From: an uncultured Bacilli bacterium
GTDB lineage: Bacteria; Bacillota_I; Bacilli_A; RF39; UBA660
Length of the DNA: 64,000 bases
Assembly (NCBI GenBank): GCA_934095865.1
Contig: CAKOKU010000001.1
Location: 10,812-74,811 of the forward strand
Reading direction: 5' to 3'
This document shows, one piece after another, positions 56,999 through 64,000 of this stretch. Both the position numbers and the translations under genes were made by a program. Below the pieces are notes generated by a model. The model did no database searches. It saw only the letters and a program-made list of their open reading frames with translations, and was not told where the DNA came from. Position 1 is the stretch's first letter, and the number at the start of each line of letters is the position of its first letter.

Positions 56999-58657
56999 AT
57001 GAATGAAACAATAAGAGTTACTTATAATGGTAATAAATCTTTAGAAGTTTTAAAAAATACGAAAATTATAGATATCTTAAGTAAGATTACTGATATTAAT
57101 AAAGATGAAGTAGTAGGTGTTAAAATAGGTAATTCCTTAGTAAATATGGAAAATACTTTGAAAAAAGATGCTACGCTTAATTTTATAGATGCCAATGATT
57201 TAGCTGGTTATAAAATGTATCAAGCTGGTCTAAAATTTATTTTACTTGTTGCTTTGAGAGAATTGTATGGTAAAGATATAACTTTAACTTTTGATCATTC
57301 TATAATGCGAGGAATCCATGTTAGCGTTAGTCTTGGTTGTAGCGTTAATAACGAAGAAATTTTAAAGATCAAAAAGAAAGTGCAAGAATTAATAAAAGCA
57401 GATTTAAGAATCATGAAACTTAATGTTTCTAGTAGGGAAGTGTTTGCTTATTATAATTTAATTGGAGATATTCCTTGTGGTTATAATGTTTTAAATATTC
57501 GTGATGAATTTGTTACGTTATATAAATTAAAAAATTATTTTGGCTATTTTTATACAGAAATGCCTTATAGTACGGCTTGTCTGAAAAACTTTGATATTGT
57601 TGCTTTGAGTAACAATGAATTAGTGCTTTTATTTCCTAGTCCCCATAGTAGTTCTTCTACTTTAAGTTATGTTCATTATGAAAAGGTTATTGAGTGTTTT
57701 AAACAAGAAAAAGAATGGTTAAATAAAGTAGGTATTCCTTATATTTATCAAGTAAATAAATGGGTTGCTAAAGGTAATGTCAAAGATTTAATTAGGTTAG
57801 CAGAAGTTAATTTTGATAATAAAATTCATGAAGTAGCTTTAAAAATTATTGCAAAAAAGAGTCGCTTTGTAATGATTGCTGGTCCTTCAAGTAGTGGGAA
57901 AACGACGACTAGTAAAAAGTTGGCTTTAGATTTAGAAGCTAAAGGATATAAGACTTTGCAAATAAGTGTTGATGACTATTTTAAAGATCGTGTTGATACA
58001 CCTAAACTACCGGATGGAAGCTTGGATTTTGAGAGTATTAATGCTATTGATGTAGGGCTATTGAATAGTGATATTAATAAATTACTTAGTGGTAAGGGGG
58101 TAAAATTGCCTAAATTTAATTTTATCTCGGTTAAAAAAGAATTTGGCTCTGATGAAGTAACTATTACGGAAGATTATATTATCTTAATGGAGGGTTTGCA
58201 CTGTCTAAATGATGCTTTAACTCCAGAGATTGACCAAAGTCTTAAGTATAAAATTTATTTAAGCCCTTTTATGCCCCTTAATGTAGATAGTAATAATTAT
58301 ATAAGTACGACTGATTTACGCCTTATTAGACGTTTGATTCGAGATAATAGAACTAGAGGTCATGATGTTAGTAAGACGATTGCCACTTGGCAGTCAGTTC
58401 GAAGGGGAGAAGAAGAATATATTTTCCCTTATATTAATACGAGTGATGTAATTATTAATACAGCTCTTGTTTATGAGCTTGGTGTTTTAAGGGTATTTGC
58501 TGAACCTTTATTATTCTCAGTTGATACAAGTTCTATTTACTATGAGGAAGCAAGAAGATTATTAAACTTTTTGAAGATTTATTACCCTATATCTAGTGAA
58601 TATATAAGTGATGCTTGTGTTTTAAGAGAATTTATTGGGGGTTCAATATTTGAATAA
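56999..58657 (+). CDS. Uridine kinase-family nucleoside kinase with ThrRS-like (TGS/second additional) N-terminal region
   Basis: P-loop GPSSSGKTTT in the C-terminal half; long N-terminal extension. Confidence 0.7.
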   Translation: MNETIRVTYNGNKSLEVLKNTKIIDILSKITDINKDEVVGVKIGNSLVNMENTLKKDATLNFIDANDLAGYKMYQAGLKFILLVALRELYGKDITLTFDHSIMRGIHVSVSLGCSVNNEEILKIKKKVQELIKADLRIMKLNVSSREVFAYYNLIGDIPCGYNVLNIRDEFVTLYKLKNYFGYFYTEMPYSTACLKNFDIVALSNNELVLLFPSPHSSSSTLSYVHYEKVIECFKQEKEWLNKVGIPYIYQVNKWVAKGNVKDLIRLAEVNFDNKIHEVALKIIAKKSRFVMIAGPSSSGKTTTSKKLALDLEAKGYKTLQISVDDYFKDRVDTPKLPDGSLDFESINAIDVGLLNSDINKLLSGKGVKLPKFNFISVKKEFGSDEVTITEDYIILMEGLHCLNDALTPEIDQSLKYKIYLSPFMPLNVDSNNYISTTDLRLIRRLIRDNRTRGHDVSKTIATWQSVRRGEEEYIFPYINTSDVIINTALVYELGVLRVFAEPLLFSVDTSSIYYEEARRLLNFLKIYYPISSEYISDACVLREFIGGSIFE

Positions 58658-58678
58658 AGAAAAGAAAGAGGAAGAAAA

Positions 58679-59695
58679 ATGATTAAAGTTGCAATTAATG
58701 GTTTTGGAAGAATTGGCCGTTTGGCTTTTAGAGAAATGATTACTAGTAAAGATTTAGATGTTGTTGCTATTAATGATTTATCAAGTAGTGAAGAATTATG
58801 TTATTTATTAAAGTATGATTCTAATCATCGTAGTTTTCATGAAAATGAGATAAGTTTTGATGATGATAATTTGATTATTGCTGGGGTTAAAAAGGTAAAG
58901 ATATTTAGCCAAAAAGATCCTGTTAATTTGCCTTGGCGTGATTTGGGGGTTGATGTTGTCTTAGAGTGTAGTGGCCATTTTACTAAAGTCGAGGATGCTA
59001 ATAAGCATATTATAGCGGGCGCTAAAAGTGTTATCATTTCGGCACCTTGTAAGGGTAATGCTAAAACAATTGTTTATAATGTTAATAACAGTACGTTAGA
59101 TGGTAGTGAACAAATTATCTCGGCGGCTTCTTGCACAACTAACTGTTTGGCTCCGGTAATTGATGTGATTGAAAAAAATATTGGCGTCGTTTGTGGCTCA
59201 ATGAGTACAATTCATGCTTATACGAACGATCAAGCGACTTTAGATATAACTCATCAAAAAGGAATTTATGCCCGTCGTGGTCGTGCTTGTGCGATGAATA
59301 TTGTTCCTGCTAGTACAGGAGCAGCAAGTGCGATTGGTAAAGTAATCCCATCTTTAGAAGGTAAAATTATAGGTAAGGCTTTTAGAGTTCCCGTTTCCGA
59401 TGGTTCAATGATAGATTTAACTTTAGAATTAAAAAAAGAAGTAACGAAAGAAGAACTAAATCGTTTATTTATTAACAACGCCAATGAAACTTTGAGAGTA
59501 ACTAATGATCCTATTGTTTCTAGTGATTGTATTGGTAAGAAATGTGGGGCCATTGTCGATTTATTATCAACAGAAGTTTTAAAAAGTGGTGATAAGACTT
59601 TGTGCAAAGTTGTAGCTTGGTATGATAATGAGGTTGGTTACACTCATCAGATGATTGAAACTTTAAGATATTTTATGAGTTTGAAAAAAAATTAA
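58679..59695 (+). CDS. gap: Glyceraldehyde-3-phosphate dehydrogenase
   Basis: NGFGRIGR, active site ASCTTNCLAP, WYDNEVGY. Confidence 0.95.
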   Translation: MIKVAINGFGRIGRLAFREMITSKDLDVVAINDLSSSEELCYLLKYDSNHRSFHENEISFDDDNLIIAGVKKVKIFSQKDPVNLPWRDLGVDVVLECSGHFTKVEDANKHIIAGAKSVIISAPCKGNAKTIVYNVNNSTLDGSEQIISAASCTTNCLAPVIDVIEKNIGVVCGSMSTIHAYTNDQATLDITHQKGIYARRGRACAMNIVPASTGAASAIGKVIPSLEGKIIGKAFRVPVSDGSMIDLTLELKKEVTKEELNRLFINNANETLRVTNDPIVSSDCIGKKCGAIVDLLSTEVLKSGDKTLCKVVAWYDNEVGYTHQMIETLRYFMSLKKN

Positions 59696-59886
59696 AAAAA
59701 TAAGTCGAATTTTGTTGAAAATTTACTAAAAATGATAACTTTGTGTCGAGAATATGTAATTTTTCTGAAAATAAAGATTATTTACAGTTTTTTAGGGATA
59801 TATTTGGTATAATTGTTGATGTTTATTTGGAAGAAAAATAAATAATAGAAAAAGGAGAAATGTATTTAATATACATATAATAAAAA

Positions 59887-60480
59887 ATGAAAAATGAAGA
59901 AAATAAGGGGTCGCATTATTTTAATAATACAAGGGTGTGTATTATAGATGCTGATGGTCAACCTATCAATTTTTGTATGAGTGAACAAGAGTTTAGACAA
60001 CATTATGGTGATGGAAGTTATTCTTATCATGGACAAACTTTGAAAAGCGCTGTTATGTGGAAGATGGGTCGTGATGATTTTCCGTTTACTGATTTATATC
60101 CAGTAAATATGGCTTTACAATTAGCCGAAACTTTTAAATGGGCTTCGGTTATGGTAGCTCCAATTGCAGAAGCTTCGCCAGAAATATTTGGAACGGTTGT
60201 TTTACCAAAGGGTGAAGAAATAACAGATGCACAAGAGCAAGCTGTAATAGGCTATTTAGAAGCGACTTCTTCAAAAGGCGGTTTTACAGGACTACCACCT
60301 TTAAAATTTGGTGAAGGTGTTTTAGTGTATAAAGCACAAAGTAACGAACTTGATAATGTTGGACCAGTTATAATTGGGTCGTCTCCTGAAGGCCATTTGC
60401 CAAAAGAGATATTAGAAGAAACTATTAATTCTTTTAGAGGAATAACTTTAGAACAACAAGGTGTTTTAAAAAGAGCTTAG
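59887..60480 (+). CDS. Hypothetical protein (197 aa) inserted between gap and pgk
   Basis: Long ORF with coding-like composition and no motif recognised. It has no SD of its own and is preceded by a six-codon mini-ORF (59860-59880) that has a strong SD. Confidence 0.55.
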   Translation: MKNEENKGSHYFNNTRVCIIDADGQPINFCMSEQEFRQHYGDGSYSYHGQTLKSAVMWKMGRDDFPFTDLYPVNMALQLAETFKWASVMVAPIAEASPEIFGTVVLPKGEEITDAQEQAVIGYLEATSSKGGFTGLPPLKFGEGVLVYKAQSNELDNVGPVIIGSSPEGHLPKEILEETINSFRGITLEQQGVLKRA

Positions 60481-60502
60481 TTAAAATTTAAGAAAGGCAG
60501 TA

Positions 60503-61708
60503 TTGAAGATGAAATGTTTATTACAAGAAATGGATGTTAAAAATAAAAGGGTAATAGTTCGTTGTGATTTTAATGTACCGGTAAGTAATGGTAAAATTCT
60601 TGATGATACTAAGATTAAAGCTTCGTTAGAAACTATTAATTATTTAATACAAAATGATTGTAAAATTATATTATTGTCGCATTTTGGTAAAGTTAAGACT
60701 GAAAGTGATAAGCAAAAATATAGTTTAAAAATTGTTGCTAAACGTTTAAATGAGTTAGTATCCACTAATGTAATATTTTCACCGGAAACAAGGAGTAGCT
60801 TTTTAGAATTAAAAGTTATGGATTTACAACCAAAAGATATTTTATTGGTAGAAAATACTCGTTTTGAGGATGTTCCTAATGGCTTTGAGAGTAATAATGA
60901 TCCTCAATTGGCTGCTTATTTTGCTTCTTTAGGTGATATCTTTGTTTTAGATGCCTTTGCTAGTAGTCATCGTCTACACGCCTCAACTAGTGGTATTGCT
61001 AAGTTTATACCTAGTTGTTTAGGATTTTGTGTTCAAAAGGAAATGAATATGCTTGATAAGTATGTTTTGAATGCTAAAAGACCATTTTGTATTGTTATGG
61101 GTGGCGCTAAAATTGATGATAAACTTTTATTGATGGAAAAGCTATTGTCTAAATGCGATTATATGCTTTTAACTGGGGGTCTTGCTAATAGTGTACTTAA
61201 ATCTTTAGGTCTTAATGTTGGTGAGTCTTTAGCTACTAATGATTTGAAAATGCTTTCTGATGTAAAAGAAATGCTAATAAAATATCACAAGAAGATTGTG
61301 TTACCATTTGATGCTATTGTTGGTAGAAAATATGATGATAATTTTGCTGATGCACGTGATATTAATAAAATAGGTGTTGATGAAGTTATTGGAGATATTG
61401 GCCCAAAGACTTTAAATCAATATAGTAAAATATTTAATACGGCTGCGACTATTTTTGTTAATGGTACTGCTGGTAAATATGAAGATCCTAGATTTAGTAA
61501 TGGCACTTTAGAATTATTCAATGCTTTAAGTAATTGTAGCGCCGATGTTGTTTTAGGCGGTGGTGATTGTGTCAGTGCCGCTAATAAATTCCATATGGCT
61601 GATAAGTTTACTTATACTTCAACTGGTGGTGGTGCAACATTGGAATATATAATTAATGACACTTTGCCAGCGATTGAAGCTATAATGGATAAAGAAGAAA
61701 CTTTATAA
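60503..61708 (+). CDS. pgk: Phosphoglycerate kinase
   Basis: KRVIVRCDFNVP, HFGK, ENTRF, GGGD motifs. The start could instead be the ATG at 60509. Confidence 0.93.
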   Translation: MKMKCLLQEMDVKNKRVIVRCDFNVPVSNGKILDDTKIKASLETINYLIQNDCKIILLSHFGKVKTESDKQKYSLKIVAKRLNELVSTNVIFSPETRSSFLELKVMDLQPKDILLVENTRFEDVPNGFESNNDPQLAAYFASLGDIFVLDAFASSHRLHASTSGIAKFIPSCLGFCVQKEMNMLDKYVLNAKRPFCIVMGGAKIDDKLLLMEKLLSKCDYMLLTGGLANSVLKSLGLNVGESLATNDLKMLSDVKEMLIKYHKKIVLPFDAIVGRKYDDNFADARDINKIGVDEVIGDIGPKTLNQYSKIFNTAATIFVNGTAGKYEDPRFSNGTLELFNALSNCSADVVLGGGDCVSAANKFHMADKFTYTSTGGGATLEYIINDTLPAIEAIMDKEETL

Positions 61709-61801
61709 GAATTTGTTCGACAAATTATGTCAAAATAATTTGTAGGTATTTAGTAACTTTTGCTTTATAATGAATATAGGTAGTATGAAAGGGAAAAAAT
61801 A

Positions 61802-62569
61802 ATGATTAATGTACTTATGATAGATGAAGTATCTAGTATTAAGGCAGTAAAAACATATTTGAGTAGTAAAAGTAGTACCAATGTTAATATAAAGTATAGT
61901 TGTTCTGATGGCCTAGAGGCTGTTAATTTAATAAAAAAAGAAAAAGATAATATTGATTGTATCATTATGGGAATGATTTTACCTTCGTTGGATGGTATGG
62001 GTATTTTAAAATTTTTAAAAAATGAAAATATAGATAAAAAAGTTATAATTTATACTTATAATAATAATTTGTCTTTATTACAAACTTTGAATTCATATAA
62101 TGTTGTTTTCTACTTATTTAAAAATGTTGATTTAAGTATTTTAGAAGAAAGAGTAAATGATGCTTGTGCAATATCAATGAATAATGATTTTAATTTAAGT
62201 GTAAGCAAAAGCAGTAAAAAGACCAAAGAAATATCTAAATTATTACATGAGCTTGGAATGCCTAGTCATATTAAAGGATATCAATATATTAGAGATTCTA
62301 TTGAAATGATGTATAAGAATCCTTCGACATTTGGTGGAATAACAAAAGAAGTTTATCCATATATAGCTGATAAATATAATACAACACCATCAAGAGTGGA
62401 AAGAGCAATTAGACATGCTATTGAAGTTAGTTGGACGAGGGGTGATTATGATTTAATGGAAGAAATCTTTGGTCATTCAGTAGATTTTGATCGAGCTAAA
62501 CCAACTAATTCAGAGTTTTTGGCAACCTTAGCGGATAAACTTTGTATTGATAATCATGTTAATGTTTAA
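61802..62569 (+). CDS. spo0A: Spo0A-family sporulation transcription factor with atypical receiver (Gly at the phospho-acceptor position)
   Basis: The C-terminal Spo0A signature is nearly invariant: HIKGYQYIRDSI, TPSRVERAIRHAIEVSWTRG, KPTNSEF. The receiver reads DCIIMGMILPSLDG where B. subtilis has DVLVLDIIMPHLDG. Confidence 0.85.
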   Translation: MINVLMIDEVSSIKAVKTYLSSKSSTNVNIKYSCSDGLEAVNLIKKEKDNIDCIIMGMILPSLDGMGILKFLKNENIDKKVIIYTYNNNLSLLQTLNSYNVVFYLFKNVDLSILEERVNDACAISMNNDFNLSVSKSSKKTKEISKLLHELGMPSHIKGYQYIRDSIEMMYKNPSTFGGITKEVYPYIADKYNTTPSRVERAIRHAIEVSWTRGDYDLMEEIFGHSVDFDRAKPTNSEFLATLADKLCIDNHVNV

Positions 62570-62749
62570 ATAATGATATCTTAACTTAAAAGGTTAGGAA
62601 TCTTTTTTTGCCAAATGACGATTTTTAGGGCTTTTAACTAGCATTATAGTTTAAAAAATGTTGAAATATTGAGAACTTATGCTATAATAAAATTACAGAT
62701 TTGAGTGGGCATTTTAAAAATTCCCACTTTTATTTATATGCGAGGTTCT

Positions 62750-63004
62750 ATGGAAAGTAATTTAGAAAAGTTAAGGCAATTAGTAAGTGATGCTCTAAAA
62801 TGCAGAGATATTATGGTTACTGATGTGTGCTATCATAAAGAAAATAATTATAATTTTTTAACTATTGAGTTGGATAAAGTTAATGGTATTGACTTAGATG
62901 AAATAGTAGAAGCTACGAATATAATTAATCCAATTGTGGATAAGTTAGATTTTATAGATGAATCTTATATCTTAGATGTTATAAGTAAAGAAAGAGGAGT
63001 TTAA
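62750..63004 (+). CDS. rimP: Ribosome maturation factor RimP, N-terminal domain only
   Basis: Position immediately upstream of nusA. Colinear with the RimP N-domain up to SYILDVISKERGV, then a stop. Start at 62750 (GAGG RBS). Confidence 0.65.
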   Translation: MESNLEKLRQLVSDALKCRDIMVTDVCYHKENNYNFLTIELDKVNGIDLDEIVEATNIINPIVDKLDFIDESYILDVISKERGV

Positions 63005-63005
63005 A

Positions 63006-64000
63006 ATGAGAAGAAAAAAAGAAAGTGAAAATGTTGTAGATAGTGGTCTTGAATTTATTAAGGCTCTAAATACAGTAACAGAAGAAAAAGGTATTTCTAA
63101 AGATTTGATTATTGAGGCAATGAAACAAGCTTTAATGACTGCTTATAAGAAAAATTATGATTCACGTACTAATGTTCGTGTTGATTTTGATGAATTTACT
63201 GGCAAATTTAAAGTTATTTCTTATTATGTAGTTGTTGATGATTATATTGATTCTACTTATGAAGTAGATGAAGAAGGTAATGAAGTAGAGATTCCTCCTC
63301 AAATTAATCCTGATGCTCAAATGTTATTAGAAGATGCTAGAGAAATTGATCCAGATATTCAAGTTGGTGAAACTATTGAAAAAGAAGTTACACCTCATGA
63401 TTTTGGCCGTGTTGCTGCTGGGGCTGCTAAACAAGTAGTTACTCAAAGAATTAGAGAAGCGGAAAAAGAATCAATTGTTAATGAATTTGGTGATAAACAA
63501 GATGAAATGTTAGTTGGTTTACTGGCGATGGAAGATCAAAGAAATTATTATATTGATTTAGGTCGTGCTCGTGGTGTTTTACCAAAGAGTGAGATGATTC
63601 CTGGTGAAACAGTAAAAATGGGTTCTTCAATCAAAGTATATGTTACAAAGGTTGAAGCTGGTACTAAAGGACCATTAATTCTTTTATCTCGTAAACATTA
63701 TGGCTTTGTAAAAAGATTGTTTGAATCAGAAATTCCTGAGTTGGCTGATGGTACGATTATTTTATATCAAGTAGCCAGAGAACCAGGTGTTCGTTCTAAA
63801 GTTGCTGTTTATTCAACTAATGATAAGATTGATCCAATTGGTGCTTGTATTGGTGCTAAGGGTAGCAGAATTGCAAATATCTTAAAAGAATTAAATGGTG
63901 AAAAAGTTGATTTAGTACGTTATAGTGAAGATCCGGCTGAATTTATTAAAAATGCGATGGCTCCAGCTCAAAATGTAATTGTTTCTATTAAGGATGCGGA
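63006..64000 (+). CDS. nusA: Transcription termination/antitermination factor NusA (partial, runs off right edge)
   Basis: Open from the ATG at 63006 to the window end. EEKGISKDLIIEAMKQALMTAYKK, S1 domain GRARGVLPKSEMIPGE, KH motif DPIGACIGAKGSRI. Not in the ORF track because no stop lies in the window. Confidence 0.93.
   Translation, partial: MRRKKESENVVDSGLEFIKALNTVTEEKGISKDLIIEAMKQALMTAYKKNYDSRTNVRVDFDEFTGKFKVISYYVVVDDYIDSTYEVDEEGNEVEIPPQINPDAQMLLEDAREIDPDIQVGETIEKEVTPHDFGRVAAGAAKQVVTQRIREAEKESIVNEFGDKQDEMLVGLLAMEDQRNYYIDLGRARGVLPKSEMIPGETVKMGSSIKVYVTKVEAGTKGPLILLSRKHYGFVKRLFESEIPELADGTIILYQVAREPGVRSKVAVYSTNDKIDPIGACIGAKGSRIANILKELNGEKVDLVRYSEDPAEFIKNAMAPAQNVIVSIKDA

Noticed and set aside
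59887-60480. A firm claim that the gap-pgk insert is horizontally acquired, based on GC content.
   Set aside because: The difference from its neighbours is only an impression from reading the sequence. I did not compute windowed GC or codon statistics, so it is reported only as something to test.
61709-61801. The AATTTGT-tcg-ACAAATT hairpin after pgk interpreted as a terminator.
   Set aside because: The stem is 7 bp, AT-only, and has no downstream T-tract. The evidence is insufficient.
926-61965. Twenty minus- or plus-strand ORFs of 61-124 aa in the ORF track lie entirely inside longer, well-supported genes on the opposite strand. They are 926-1138, 1879-2067, 8041-8298, 8338-8712, 10433-10627, 11623-11970, 15589-15930, 23376-23663, 33776-34018, 40549-40734, 40840-41142, 43410-43631, 43822-44040, 46500-44 (46500-46844), 46771-47022, 47914-48141, 54871-55059, 58837-59037, 59266-59607 and 61765-61965.
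   Set aside because: These are antisense shadow ORFs, expected in AT-rich DNA. Their translations are low-complexity (I/L/S/F-rich) with no RBS or motif, while the overlapping genes have clear family signatures.
4254-62749. N-terminal extensions of ORF-track models: 4254, 9591, 10562, 13189, 16692, 19946, 29048, 31189, 34106, 35892, 44019 (minus), 46102, 46877, 55014 (minus), 55056 and 62705.
   Set aside because: Internal ATG/GTG codons with proper Shine-Dalgarno spacing give N-termini that match the family norm. Several extensions run through terminators or promoters (for example 31177-31206 and 35813-35841).
1-64000. The possibility that this very AT-rich sequence uses the Mollicutes/Spiroplasma code (UGA = Trp).
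   Set aside because: RF2 is encoded with its UGA-dependent frameshift site. Several well-defined genes (ftsX, the second hybrid kinase, the frame-0 leader of prfB) terminate at TGA at the expected length.
1-64000. A search for CRISPR arrays, tRNA/rRNA genes, IS elements, integrases, phage modules and classic defence genes (restriction, Abi, toxin-antitoxin).
   Set aside because: I saw no regularly spaced direct repeats, no cloverleaf-like or rRNA-like segments, and no recombinase, transposase, reverse-transcriptase or nuclease signatures in any of the translated ORFs. A proper tRNAscan/Infernal/HMM scan would be needed to exclude them formally.

Overview
Strongly AT-rich chromosomal segment from a low-GC Bacillota (Firmicutes) genome. 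It uses the standard genetic code: UGA is a stop, and RF2 is present with its UGA-dependent +1 frameshift. Spore-former hallmarks are present (spo0A, gerQ, whiA, a SEDS FtsW/SpoVE-type gene). About 60 genes, almost all on the + strand. I saw no rRNA, tRNA, CRISPR array, transposase, integrase or phage genes.

Recognisable core blocks:
- nifS-like plus ttcA-like sulfur/tRNA thiolation pair
- ABC-F ATPase, an SDR, prfB, typA
- rpsF-ssb-rpsR and rplI-dnaB, then M23/LysM peptidase, walJ-like MBL hydrolase and rlmH
- ung, lemA, gerQ
- ftsE-ftsX plus a coiled-coil M23 peptidase
- whiA
- nrdD-nrdG-dut (minus strand), divergent from a Crp/Fnr regulator
- SEDS gene, a udk-like kinase, gap, pgk, spo0A, rimP and nusA (partial, runs off the right edge)

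Regions not explained by standard annotation, all hypotheses read from sequence without database searches:
1. A tandem triad of roughly 245-aa minimal kinase-fold paralogues (19955-22194): one intact, one frameshifted, one with degenerate catalytic motifs.
2. A tandem triad of roughly 550-580-aa exported HExxH proteins (23440-28602): two with an intact zinc motif, one degenerate.
3. A 445-nt intergenic region (28603-29047) with two mirrored copies of a perfect 25-nt hairpin flanking paired TAGTCA direct repeats. It lies upstream of a large protein with a SipW-type signal peptide and a TasA-like N-terminal domain.
4. A seven-gene apparent operon (5379-16636) that interleaves two hybrid histidine kinases with acyl-ligase, acyltransferase, GDPD and GT-C-like envelope enzymes. 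The second kinase has Glu in place of the HPt histidine.
5. A Spo0A whose receiver domain has Gly at the canonical phospho-acceptor position.
6. An unknown 197-aa gene with a six-codon upstream mini-ORF, wedged between gap and pgk.
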